Positions 8,995 through 18,482 of a stretch of 64,000 nt of DNA are shown here, piece by piece. Source of the stretch: an uncultured Candidatus Saccharibacteria bacterium (GTDB lineage: Bacteria > Patescibacteriota > Minisyncoccia > Phycocordibacterales > UBA9973); NCBI GenBank assembly GCA_964450735.1, contig CAYVDC010000008.1:647-64646 (forward strand), written 5' to 3'. The stretch's first letter is position 1. Each line of letters opens with the position of its first letter. Position numbers and translations under genes: made by a program. A model generated the notes under the pieces. The model had not been told where the DNA came from. It did not search any database and saw only the letters and a program-made list of their open reading frames with translations.

Positions 8995-10428
8995 ATGCCT
9001 ATACAGCATTCAGGTTCGCCACGCAGTGGGGGACCAAAACGTTCCTTTTCAGGTTCGTTTCGCGCGGAACCATCACGTGGTCCCCGTAAATTCGGGAGCG
9101 CAGCAAGCAGCGGAACTTCTACAAGTTCGGCCAGCGGCAGCTTTCCACGAAAGACATTTAATAGCAGCTCACGACCAGCATATGGTGCAAAGCCATCATT
9201 CGGTTCAAAGCCATTTAACGCAGGACGCAAGTCGTTCGGCGGAAGCACTGGCGCACGAGGAGGATTCAAGTCTTCATTCGGCGGCGGAGGGGGAGGACGT
9301 GGCGGTCGCCGCGGAGGAAATCCAGAGCGCATCGATACTTCACGATTCATCCGAAAGGCTGAAGTCGTAGAACTGAAACCATATGTGTCAAAGCACACAT
9401 TTGCTGATTTCCCATTCGATGCAAAACTCCATGCGACAATCGCAAAGAAAGGCTTCGAACATCCGATGCCGATTCAGGACCAGGCAATTATGCCGGCTCT
9501 TGAAGGCCGAGACGTCCTTGGTCTTGCAAACACTGGAACTGGAAAGACGGCAGCATTTTTGCTTCCGCTCATCCAGAAAGTCATGTTGAGCAAGAAAGAA
9601 CAGGTTCTCGTCCTCGCTCCGACTCGCGAACTTGCGACTCAGATCGAACAGGAACTTATGGACTTCGTTCGACCGCTCGGAATCTTTTCAGTGACATGCG
9701 TCGGTGGAATGCCGATCACCAAACAGATCCGCGAACTCAAGCGAGGCGTACACTTTGTCATCGGAACACCGGGACGAATCCGCGACCTTATTGAACGCAA
9801 GTCTCTTATCCTTGCTCCATTCAAGAGCATCGTCCTCGACGAAGCTGACCGAATGTTGGACATGGGATTCCGAGATGATATGGAATACGTCATGAAATTG
9901 ATGTCGCCAGATCGTCAGACATTATTCTTCTCAGCGACACTTTCACCTGAAATTAAAAAACTCACAGAAAAATATCTTAAAAATCCAGTTTCAATTTCAG
10001 TTGTCGTTCGCGACACTTCACGAAACGTCGACCAGGACGTTATCCGAGTCCTCGACCGTTCGAAGAAAATCGAGCAGCTCCACGATGTGCTTATTCACGA
10101 AGGTTCAGACAAAGTCTTGATCTTCCGCGAAACAAAGCGCGATGTAGACGAACTCGAGCGAGATTTGCGAGCACGTGGCTTCAAAGTTGGCGCCATTCAC
10201 GGCGACAAGCGAAATCGAGAACGCGTTCGAACTCTTGAAGCATTCAAGACGAATAACATCAGCATCTTGATCGCAACCGACGTTGCAGCCCGCGGACTTG
10301 ATATCCCGGATGTGACTCACGTGATCAACTACGATGTTCCTCAGACTTACGATACATACGTACACCGCATCGGCCGAACCGGCCGCGCCAACAAAAAAGG
10401 CAAGGCGCTTACGTTCGTACGAGGATAA
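8995..10428 (+). CDS. DEAD-box ATP-dependent RNA helicase with N-terminal RGG/Ser-Gly-rich region
   Basis: Walker A GTGKTAAF, VLDEADRMLDMGF (DEAD), SAT, HRIGRTGRA motifs; N-terminal GGRGGRRGG repeats. Confidence 0.85.
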   Translation: MPIQHSGSPRSGGPKRSFSGSFRAEPSRGPRKFGSAASSGTSTSSASGSFPRKTFNSSSRPAYGAKPSFGSKPFNAGRKSFGGSTGARGGFKSSFGGGGGGRGGRRGGNPERIDTSRFIRKAEVVELKPYVSKHTFADFPFDAKLHATIAKKGFEHPMPIQDQAIMPALEGRDVLGLANTGTGKTAAFLLPLIQKVMLSKKEQVLVLAPTRELATQIEQELMDFVRPLGIFSVTCVGGMPITKQIRELKRGVHFVIGTPGRIRDLIERKSLILAPFKSIVLDEADRMLDMGFRDDMEYVMKLMSPDRQTLFFSATLSPEIKKLTEKYLKNPVSISVVVRDTSRNVDQDVIRVLDRSKKIEQLHDVLIHEGSDKVLIFRETKRDVDELERDLRARGFKVGAIHGDKRNRERVRTLEAFKTNNISILIATDVAARGLDIPDVTHVINYDVPQTYDTYVHRIGRTGRANKKGKALTFVRG

Positions 10429-10437
10429 ACTAAAAAA

Positions 10438-10478
10438 ATAAAAACACCCGCCTGATGCGGGTGTTTTTATTTTTTTAT
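10438..10478. terminator. bidirectional terminator (AAAAACACCCGC..GCGGGTGTTTTT) between convergent genes
   Basis: perfect 12-bp stem flanked by A-run and T-run. Confidence 0.65.
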
Positions 10479-11089
10479 TTCAATTTAAAACTATTAATTA
10501 TGCTTTGAATCGCTACGCTTGGTGTTCCTACATGGCTCAAAACATATTGATTACCAGTAGTAGAATCGGTATAACAGTAAGCAGTCGCATTTATCTTTCC
10601 TGAATTCATACCTTGATATGCACTACCAACTTCACCTTTTGTAAAATTAAGACCATTTATAGTTACATTAGAATAAGTTTGATTATCGTACCCCTTGCCG
10701 CATGCTTCTCTGCCAGCACTTGCTCCGTATGCAGAACTAGTTACATTAATTTCTAAGCGGTCAAAAGGGGATTGTTTATTACTGATAAGTAGAAATTTTC
10801 TACCAGATATACCTGATGAACCATACATATCCTCCACTGATAGATTCGATGGATATGTAAAACTAAATCCATACTGACTATCGCTATAACTTTTCACCGT
10901 AGGAGAATTTGCTGCTGTCTGGTTTGTGGTTGGTATATTTTGCTGATTTTGCGGCAAAGGTGTTGAGGACACTTGATCAAATGGTGGCGGAACGGGGAGA
11001 GGTTTTAATGCCCAGTTCCAAATTGCGAATCCTCCGATCAGAAGGACAATAATGGCGACTAAGCCGGCGATAACTGTGTCTTTATTCAT
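10475..11089 (-). CDS. hypothetical N-terminally membrane-anchored extracytoplasmic protein
   Basis: single N-terminal TM helix (VIAGLVAIIVLLIGGFAIWNW) followed by Pro/Gln/Thr-rich linker and beta-rich domain. Confidence 0.5.
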   Translation of the reverse strand: MNKDTVIAGLVAIIVLLIGGFAIWNWALKPLPVPPPFDQVSSTPLPQNQQNIPTTNQTAANSPTVKSYSDSQYGFSFTYPSNLSVEDMYGSSGISGRKFLLISNKQSPFDRLEINVTSSAYGASAGREACGKGYDNQTYSNVTINGLNFTKGEVGSAYQGMNSGKINATAYCYTDSTTGNQYVLSHVGTPSVAIQSIINSFKLK

Positions 11090-11222
11090 AAGATATGAAA
11101 ATCTTCTTAGTAATTAATAAACTTATATAACTATACCATTGCACCATCTATAGATATAGAGACGGACGGGGATAAGGGTTATTACAAGTGCTAAGACTTG
11201 GGACAGTCGTGTCATTTTATGC

Positions 11223-11873
11223 ATGGTAAGCAGCTTTGTTCTTTTTATATCCATTGAATTGTATTACAATACAAATATGCAAAACAATTCAAAGCTGGTC
11301 TATATTTTATTGGCGATTATTGTCATCTTATTATTGATCGGCGCGTACTTCTTGGGTGCTTCACGACAGCCTCAACATCAAGCTGTTGATTGGGATCAGT
11401 ATCCTACTCCAGTTCTTTCGAATACAAACACCACTGTTCCACAATCAACTGTGCCTGCAACAAATAATACGCAAAATACGCAGACTAATACTGCTACTGC
11501 GTCAGGCCAGGCAAGCTGGTATAAGCCTAACACTTCAGGTTGGGTAGAGAAAACGCTTACATGGAAAACGTATTCAACAGGAAATGCGTCTTTCAGTTAT
11601 CCTCCTTCGTACGTTGTTAAGACAAGTACTGTATCAACAAGACCTGGAGTTAGTATGCAACAAACTACTATTACCAATCCCAATAACCCAAACGGCATTA
11701 GAGATACCATATACTTGGACGTTCCATATACAGGAGCAAATGACCCGAGCACACAATTCAATATACGTGAAAATGTAAACGGATCTGGACTTTCTTTTTC
11801 TCTATCGTATGACGCTACAGAATATACTAAGTATATTTTTGAGAATTTAGTTGCTTCTGCAAAAAAGAACTAA
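11223..11873 (+). CDS. hypothetical N-terminally membrane-anchored protein (likely start at 11277, MQNNSKL)
   Basis: TM helix LVYILLAIIVILLLIGAYFLG then Thr/Asn/Gln-rich linker. Confidence 0.5.
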   Translation: MVSSFVLFISIELYYNTNMQNNSKLVYILLAIIVILLLIGAYFLGASRQPQHQAVDWDQYPTPVLSNTNTTVPQSTVPATNNTQNTQTNTATASGQASWYKPNTSGWVEKTLTWKTYSTGNASFSYPPSYVVKTSTVSTRPGVSMQQTTITNPNNPNGIRDTIYLDVPYTGANDPSTQFNIRENVNGSGLSFSLSYDATEYTKYIFENLVASAKKN

Positions 11874-11898
11874 TTGAGCTAAAAACCTTATGAATTCA

Positions 11899-11935
11899 AA
11901 CACAAAACCCCCGATTAATGGGGGTTTTGTGTTGT
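11899..11935 (+). terminator. rho-independent terminator (ACACAAAACCCCC..GGGGGTTTTGTGT)
   Basis: 13-bp perfect stem plus T-rich tail. Confidence 0.65.
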
Positions 11936-12043
11936 CCGAAAAAACGGGTATACTTGGGTAAGTTAAACAGATAACGGCTTATGATATAACACCTTCTCTT
12001 CTTCAATTATCCAAACTAATAACGGCCTAGCCGTGTATTCATC

Positions 12044-13246
12044 ATGAAAGACAAACAGATAGAAAAATTGATCAAAGCAGAAGACAAGCGACAAAAAAGC
12101 GTCATCAACCTCATCGCATCCGAGAACTATGTTTCAGATGACGTCTTAAAAGCGCTCGGTTCGAAACTAACTAATAAATACGCAGAAGGGTACCCAGGAC
12201 GACGATACTACGGCGGAAATGAAATCATCGACAAAGTAGAAACGCTTTGTATCGACCGCGCGCTCAAACTTTTTAAATTAAAGGCAGACAAGTGGCATGT
12301 GAATGCGCAGCTTCTTTCAGGTTCACCGGCAAACTTTGCATTGTACTCAGCATTGGTCACTCCAGAATTCGGCGCAGACGGAAAACCGCTCAAAAAAATC
12401 ATGGGTATGAAGCTGACATCTGGGGGACACCTAACTCACGGACACCCACTTTCAATGACAGGTAAACTGTGGAAGCCAATCCAGTTCGAGCTTGATGCGA
12501 CAACTGAACGCATTGACTACGACGCGCTCAAGAAAGTTGCCATAGCTGAAAAGCCTGACATCATCGTTGCCGGATTTACTGCATACCCACGTGTTGTTGA
12601 TTTCAAAAAGTTCCGAGAAATCGCTGACGCATGCGGCGCGTTGCTCCATGTGGACATGTCACACTTCGCAGGACTTGTTGCTGGTGGGGTATATCCATCT
12701 CCGTTTCCATATGCTGACACTGTGATGACGACAACTCACAAATCTCTACGTGGTCCTCGACAGGCGCTTCTCTTCGTCAAAAAAGACGAACGAGGTTTCG
12801 ACAAGAAACTCGACAAGATGGTTATTCCTGGACTCTTTGGCGGTCCGCATGAAAACAACATTGCGGGAGTAGCGATTGCACTCAAAGAAGCTGACTCACC
12901 AGCTTTCAAAAAATACGCAAAGCAGGTTGTTAAAAATGCGCAGACACTGGCAAAAGAATTGCAGAAGCTCGGCTGGAGAATAGTTTCTGGCGGCACTGAT
13001 TCACACCTTATTCTCATGGATACCTATATGAATGGCGTTGGCCCAACGGGAAGCGAAGCAAGCAAGCTTCTTGAAAAAGCTGGCATCATTGTGAACATGA
13101 ACACTGTTCCAGGCGATGTCCGATCAGTTATGGATCCATCTGGGGTACGATTGGGGACATGTGCGGAAACAACACGAGGAAAGAAAGAGAAGGATATGAT
13201 TGCGATTGCAAAGAAGATGGATAAGGCGTTGCGAGGGAAGAAATAA
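12044..13246 (+). CDS. glyA: serine hydroxymethyltransferase
   Basis: HLTHGHPLSMTGK and TTTHKSLRGPR (PLP-Lys) motifs; 400 aa. Confidence 0.9.
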   Translation: MKDKQIEKLIKAEDKRQKSVINLIASENYVSDDVLKALGSKLTNKYAEGYPGRRYYGGNEIIDKVETLCIDRALKLFKLKADKWHVNAQLLSGSPANFALYSALVTPEFGADGKPLKKIMGMKLTSGGHLTHGHPLSMTGKLWKPIQFELDATTERIDYDALKKVAIAEKPDIIVAGFTAYPRVVDFKKFREIADACGALLHVDMSHFAGLVAGGVYPSPFPYADTVMTTTHKSLRGPRQALLFVKKDERGFDKKLDKMVIPGLFGGPHENNIAGVAIALKEADSPAFKKYAKQVVKNAQTLAKELQKLGWRIVSGGTDSHLILMDTYMNGVGPTGSEASKLLEKAGIIVNMNTVPGDVRSVMDPSGVRLGTCAETTRGKKEKDMIAIAKKMDKALRGKK

Positions 13247-13247
13247 T

Positions 13248-13937
13248 ATGGAATTAAAAAATAAAATCGTTGTTATAACTGGAGGCACAAAGGGCTTAGG
13301 CAAAGCCTTGGCTTTGAGTTTTGCGCAGAAAGGAGCGCAAGTTATTTCAACGACTCATTCTGAAACTTCTAGAGAGGATTTTCCTGAGAGTGTTATATTC
13401 ATCAAGACTGATGTGCGAAGTGAAAAGGAAGTAAGCGATCTTGCAAAAAACGTAATTGAAAAATTCGGACGCATTGATATCTGGATTAATAATGCTGGAA
13501 TGCTGTACTCGTTCAATAAAGAAGACGAATATATTGATATGGATAAGGCCCATGAAATAATGGACGTGAATTTCTTTGGAACAGTTTTTGGGTGCCGTAC
13601 TGCGCTTAAATATATGAAAGAGCAAGGTGGATCAATTGTAACTATTCTTTCAACGGCTGCTCTTGATGCAACCAAATCAAAAGGCCTTAAGATTTATGCT
13701 GCAAGCAAATGGGCAGTGAACGGCTACCTCCAAGGGTTTAAGGCTGAGAATGAGGATTCAAATGTTTCTGTCATTTCCGTTTATCCTGGTGGAATGCAGA
13801 CAGAGTTGTGGAGAGAGTATAAACCGGAAAAGCTGCCTGAATATATGAGTCCAGAATTTGTTGCAGAGAAAATTATTCAAAATCTAGAACTAGAACAGCC
13901 TGAGGGTGACCTCGTCATTAAGCGTCCAGGAAAATAA
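13248..13937 (+). CDS. short-chain dehydrogenase/reductase (SDR) family oxidoreductase
   Basis: N-terminal VVITGGTKGLGKALA Rossmann motif; YAASK catalytic dyad region; start reset to MELKNK. Confidence 0.7.
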   Translation: MELKNKIVVITGGTKGLGKALALSFAQKGAQVISTTHSETSREDFPESVIFIKTDVRSEKEVSDLAKNVIEKFGRIDIWINNAGMLYSFNKEDEYIDMDKAHEIMDVNFFGTVFGCRTALKYMKEQGGSIVTILSTAALDATKSKGLKIYAASKWAVNGYLQGFKAENEDSNVSVISVYPGGMQTELWREYKPEKLPEYMSPEFVAEKIIQNLELEQPEGDLVIKRPGK

Positions 13938-14521
13938 TGCTTCCACAGTATATTGTTTTCATCTCAATCTTCACCTCATTCTTTGCAGGTTTTTTCTATA
14001 TTCGCGGAACGCTGCAAGGCAAGACAAAACCCAACCGCGTCAGCTGGCTGATTTGGTTTATTGCGCCCATCACTGCAGCAATCATCCAATTCCAACAAGG
14101 AGGAGGAATTTCTGCATTGCCAGTTTTCATGGCGGGCCTGATTCCATTCTTCGTACTGCTCGCTTCATTCAAAAACAAAAATGCATATTGGAAATTAGGA
14201 GTGCTTGACTACGTGTGTCTCGTTCTCTCGCTTCTCGCATTTGTTTTTTGGCTGATCTTTGACGAAGGCGTGCTGGCGACGCTATTTGCTATTCTTGCCG
14301 ACGGCATCGCATTCGTACCGACATATATAAAAACATGGAAAGCGCCGGAAACGGAAAGCTTGAGTTCGTATATGTCTGGTACGTTCAATTCAGCGCTCAG
14401 TCTTGTAACACTCCCAACAGTTTCATTTATTACCGCAGGATTCGCTGTGTATCTATTATTTGGAAACTTATCGGAAATTTTCCTGATAGTGTTGCGAAGA
14501 AAGAATATAAAAGAGATATAA
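13937..14521 (+). CDS. small polytopic membrane protein (possibly PnuC/SWEET-like transporter)
   Basis: 6-7 predicted TM helices, Trp-rich, 194 aa. Confidence 0.4.
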   Translation: MLPQYIVFISIFTSFFAGFFYIRGTLQGKTKPNRVSWLIWFIAPITAAIIQFQQGGGISALPVFMAGLIPFFVLLASFKNKNAYWKLGVLDYVCLVLSLLAFVFWLIFDEGVLATLFAILADGIAFVPTYIKTWKAPETESLSSYMSGTFNSALSLVTLPTVSFITAGFAVYLLFGNLSEIFLIVLRRKNIKEI

Positions 14522-14529
14522 TTAAACAT

Positions 14530-14949
14530 ATGGAAAATTATCCTAAAATCGGTATTGGTGCCATGATCTTCAAAGAAGGTAAAATATTGCTTGGCAAACG
14601 CAAAGGCTCGCATGCTGCGGGAACATATAGCGTTCCCGGTGGAACTCTTGAATATGGAGAAACTATGGAAGAAAGCATTCGAAGGGAAATACAGGAAGAA
14701 ACAGGACTTGAAATCACCAATATAAGATTCAATTATCTTTCTGATGAATTTGATCATATGCCCAAGCATTTCGTTAACATCGGATTTGTCGCCGATTGGA
14801 AAAGCGGGGAAGTCACAACTATGGAACCAGAAAAATGCGAAGGGTGGGATTGGTACGACATGGACACTTTGCCGGAACCGCTTTTTATAAAAACTAAGCA
14901 GATGGTTGATGCATACAAGACAGGTGTGAATTATTTGGGACAAAAATAA
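14530..14949 (+). CDS. NUDIX hydrolase
   Basis: Nudix box GGTLEYGETMEESIRREIQEETGL; start reset to MENYPKIG. Confidence 0.7.
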   Translation: MENYPKIGIGAMIFKEGKILLGKRKGSHAAGTYSVPGGTLEYGETMEESIRREIQEETGLEITNIRFNYLSDEFDHMPKHFVNIGFVADWKSGEVTTMEPEKCEGWDWYDMDTLPEPLFIKTKQMVDAYKTGVNYLGQK

Positions 14950-14997
14950 AAAAGGCCAAGCAATTGCTCGGCCTTCATGGTGTAATCGGTTTATTTT

Positions 14998-15522
14998 TTA
15001 GCGTGCTGGAGAGGGTTGTAACCCAAGAGAAATATCTAGTATTTGTATATAGTAGAATGATGTTTCGTCCGGCCTTCTGATCAACACGGTGTTCGAAACA
15101 GTTTTGCCAATACAGCGCAGTACTACGGGACTGGAATTGGTGAGAGGGATAGCGGTTTCAATTGTCTCGCCGGTTTTACCTTCTTCGGGTTTAAACCAAG
15201 CTCCACGAATATGGTACCACTTCACTGTATCCGCATCGCAGTTTTTAATCTGCACATATGCACCGACCGTAACATACTCAGCATTTCGAAGCACAGGCAT
15301 TATTTGTGGATTTATAGTTAATTTTTCCAAATCCCTAATTTTTCCTTGCTGTTGTTCAAAAAGCTCACTTATTGCGTTAGACATTGAGTCTCCATCCATA
15401 ACTGAGCTTTTGTTTAGAGCGGCCTGCATCTGCCCCCCTAATTTTTTTAAGTCGGCCCGCAGGGTTTCAAGATGCTTTTGTAATGCATTAAAATCTTCAA
15501 GTAAAAAATAATTTTTCTTCAT
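14998..15522 (-). CDS. GreA/GreB-family transcription elongation factor-like protein
   Basis: N-terminal coiled-coil; C-terminal region LTNSSPVVLRCIGK..VLIRRPDETSFYYIQILDI parallels GreA ISVNSPIARGLIGK..VVIKTPGGEVEFEVIKV. Confidence 0.5.
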   Translation of the reverse strand: MKKNYFLLEDFNALQKHLETLRADLKKLGGQMQAALNKSSVMDGDSMSNAISELFEQQQGKIRDLEKLTINPQIMPVLRNAEYVTVGAYVQIKNCDADTVKWYHIRGAWFKPEEGKTGETIETAIPLTNSSPVVLRCIGKTVSNTVLIRRPDETSFYYIQILDISLGLQPSPAR

Positions 15523-15614
15523 GGTAGGTATTTTTTTATACTGTAACACGATATTTTATATAAGTAAAATATACGTTTTTTGACTATGTCTTCATTACTC
15601 GCTACTATAGGAAC

Positions 15615-16259
15615 ATGACGTTTCTGAAGACATCTCAATATCGTCCGCTCATTGTTTTGACAGTGCTTGCCGTTGCTCTCAATATAGGACGCATCGGCTT
15701 GAGCGGGCGGGTGAGTGATCTCTATCTCAGCTGGAATATTTTCCTGGCTCTTTTACCGCTCGCTGTTAGCGGATTTTTGACTTGGTATATAACACGAGAA
15801 AAAGTGTATGCCCTCGTACTTATTTTTGGTGGTCTAGTATGGCTAGCGCTCTTTCCCAATGCTCCATATATCCTAACCGACTTTATACATCTGCGAGCAG
15901 GGGGAGCAAAGATGATCTGGTATGACATTTTTATGTTTTTCACCGCAGCTTGGGTGGGACTGCTTGCAGCTTTTTATTCTCTGAAACAAATGGAGGTATT
16001 GTTCCTTAAGCGATTTTCAGCCACGGTAACCTGGATAGCAATTTCACTCGTATTTCTCCTTTCAAGTTTCGGCATCTACATTGGCAGGGAATTGCGCTGG
16101 AACAGCTGGGACTTGTTTGTGAATCCTCGAGAGCTCGTTACAGATACTGTCGCGATCTTTACCAATTCTCCGCAGCACCAAGAGGCTCCGATGTTTATCG
16201 CACTGTTTTTTATATTCACTATAATCGCATATATCGCATGGCGACCAGTTAGATCATAA
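15615..16259 (+). CDS. integral membrane protein (DUF1361-like)
   Basis: 6 predicted TM helices, 214 aa. Confidence 0.35.
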   Translation: MTFLKTSQYRPLIVLTVLAVALNIGRIGLSGRVSDLYLSWNIFLALLPLAVSGFLTWYITREKVYALVLIFGGLVWLALFPNAPYILTDFIHLRAGGAKMIWYDIFMFFTAAWVGLLAAFYSLKQMEVLFLKRFSATVTWIAISLVFLLSSFGIYIGRELRWNSWDLFVNPRELVTDTVAIFTNSPQHQEAPMFIALFFIFTIIAYIAWRPVRS

Positions 16260-16261
16260 AT

Positions 16262-16957
16262 ATGAAAAAGAAAGGAACATTCATCGTCATCGACGGTACC
16301 GACGGATCAGGTAAGGCGACGCAAGTCGAACTTCTTTCGAAGCGCCTCACAAAAGAAGGCAGGACGGTAAAAGTTGTTGATTTCCCAGAATACTACAAAA
16401 ATTTTTTTGGAAAATTCATCGGGCACTGCCTCACCGAGCAGTATTATAATTTCATTCATATTCATCCCAAGATCGCATCAGTTCTATATGCGGCGGATCG
16501 ATGGGAATCATCCAAAGAAATTCGCACCTGGCTCGAGAAAGGATATGTGGTTATCGCGAATAGATACGTCTCTGCCAACCAAATTCACCAGGCGGGAAAG
16601 ATAAAGAATACTGCCAAACGCAGAGATTTTTTGAAATGGCTCGACGAAATGGAATACGATGTTTTTGGAATTCCGCGGCCCGATACCGTCATCTACCTTT
16701 CAGTGCCTCTCAAAGTTTCGCAGGCTCTCATAAAGAAAAGAAATAAAGAGGTGAGCAGAAGCTATAAAGGGAAGAAAAAAGACGCCACTGAAACTGATAT
16801 CAATTATATGGAGTCTTCAAGAAAGAGCGCACTTAAGCTTATAAAAGAACTGAATAATTTCAACAAAATCGACTGCGCTCCTAAGGGGGAGCTGCTTTCT
16901 CGCGAAACAATTCACGAACAAGTATACAAAGAGGCTCGAAAGCTGATCAAGAAATAA
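16262..16957 (+). CDS. tmk: thymidylate kinase
   Basis: FIVIDGTDGSGKATQ P-loop; DRYVSANQIHQ DR(Y/H) motif. Confidence 0.8.
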   Translation: MKKKGTFIVIDGTDGSGKATQVELLSKRLTKEGRTVKVVDFPEYYKNFFGKFIGHCLTEQYYNFIHIHPKIASVLYAADRWESSKEIRTWLEKGYVVIANRYVSANQIHQAGKIKNTAKRRDFLKWLDEMEYDVFGIPRPDTVIYLSVPLKVSQALIKKRNKEVSRSYKGKKKDATETDINYMESSRKSALKLIKELNNFNKIDCAPKGELLSRETIHEQVYKEARKLIKK

Positions 16958-16976
16958 AAGCCTCGCCGAAGGGTGC

Positions 16977-17975
16977 TTGTTTGACGATTTGCTGATACAT
17001 GGTATGGTTGGGAAAAATACCACCATGACAAATAATGACAATACCTCTCAGCGATCAATTTTTATCGGACTGATTGATGGAGCATACAATTGTACTGCTC
17101 TCACCGAATCTCAAAAAGAGTTCGTGTCGAAAGCGGTTCCAATAATACTCTCAGTTGCCTCACTGTATAATTTCACGCTCGAACAAGTTGTTGAGCCAAG
17201 CCGCAAAGGCAACCTCGCAGCCGTTAGACAGGTAATATTATACCGTTTGCAAAACGAATTAGGGCCGCCCCAGCGCTGGATCAGCATGCTTTTTAAAGGA
17301 GAAACAAAAGCCCAAGACACGAGCGGTATCGCGTACGGCATAACAAATCCTATGGTTTCAAACGCTGTATATGTTTGTGAAAGTAACTTGAAAAGAAAAT
17401 CTTCGCAGGAGGTTCTTGGTCCAAAGGCTTTGGCTATGGTTGAACTGATCAATCGTAGTAAAACCCCGCATTACGAGGTGAAAGACGCACTTCCAAATTT
17501 GGATACCCTTGAAAAACCAAAAGCGGAAGGCGGACGCAGGAACAGCAGAACAAAGCTGAACTACAAAACGCCGCTGCAGGGTTTGGAGCTTTTAAAGGAC
17601 CATTCGTTCTACGACAAAATCAATATCTTTTGCGAAGTTACCAAAACGACGTACGGAAAACTATTGGTTCGTTTGGATGAAACTAAATTTTCTGAAGAGG
17701 AAAATAAAGCGCTGAAGCTCCGGCACCAAATGTTGATTGGCCTTATCCGCGAATATTCTCCTCGCGGATTCAAAGCTGAAGAATTTCCATACTTGTTTGT
17801 GCCGGAGAACGATAGGATTGGTTTTTATTCAATAGATGAAACTGATGCCATGCTCAAACAACATGCGTATATGATGGAAGTATTTCTCATCGATGATAAG
17901 TTTACGCCAGATGAAAAAAAATCCTATCAAACGTATAGAGACACATTTGGAGCAATAAAGAAAAAAATCGGATAG
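16977..17975 (+). CDS. hypothetical protein with DnaA-C-terminal-like HTH region
   Basis: EPSRKGNLAAVRQVILYRLQNELGPPQRWISMLF resembles DnaA domain IV (R..IA.PRQIAMYL.R.LT..S). Confidence 0.35.
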   Translation: MFDDLLIHGMVGKNTTMTNNDNTSQRSIFIGLIDGAYNCTALTESQKEFVSKAVPIILSVASLYNFTLEQVVEPSRKGNLAAVRQVILYRLQNELGPPQRWISMLFKGETKAQDTSGIAYGITNPMVSNAVYVCESNLKRKSSQEVLGPKALAMVELINRSKTPHYEVKDALPNLDTLEKPKAEGGRRNSRTKLNYKTPLQGLELLKDHSFYDKINIFCEVTKTTYGKLLVRLDETKFSEEENKALKLRHQMLIGLIREYSPRGFKAEEFPYLFVPENDRIGFYSIDETDAMLKQHAYMMEVFLIDDKFTPDEKKSYQTYRDTFGAIKKKIG

Positions 17976-18059
17976 TAGCTACAATGCTGCAAAATAGTAA
18001 CTCCCCAGAAGACCGGGGAGTTTTTTTATTGCCAATTTTTATGTACAATACGAGGACTT

Positions 18060-18482
18060 ATGAATATCAAGGTCAAACGACTCAAGCCTGAGGCAATACT
18101 TCCCAAATACGCGCATCCCGGAGATGTCGGTTTGGACATGTATGCTCTGGAAAGCATCACCATACCTCCGGGTGGACACTACCGTCTCTGGCACGGCTTT
18201 GCCTTGGAATTTCCTATTGGCTATGCGGCTACAGTGAAGGATAAATCAAGCATTTCTAAAGCAGGACTTCATACTATGGGCGGCGTTTTTGATGCCGGCT
18301 ATCGAGGCGAATACAACACACACCTCGTAAATCTTGGCAGCGAGCCGTATACCATTGAAGTAGGTGACAAAGTCTCCCAGCTCGTCATTTTCCCAGTTAT
18401 CATTGCAGAAATCGAGGAAACTGATACATTAAGTGAATCAAGCCGGGGCGAAGGAGCTTTTGGTTCGACGGGAAAGAAATAA
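18060..18482 (+). CDS. dut: dUTP pyrophosphatase
   Basis: AHPGDVGLD, GGVFDAGYRGE motifs; 140 aa. Confidence 0.85.
   Translation: MNIKVKRLKPEAILPKYAHPGDVGLDMYALESITIPPGGHYRLWHGFALEFPIGYAATVKDKSSISKAGLHTMGGVFDAGYRGEYNTHLVNLGSEPYTIEVGDKVSQLVIFPVIIAEIEETDTLSESSRGEGAFGSTGKK

Noticed and set aside
8937-9398. minus-strand 153-aa Pro-rich ORF
   Set aside because: Antisense of the RGG-rich 5' part of the helicase gene; mirror of low-complexity sequence.
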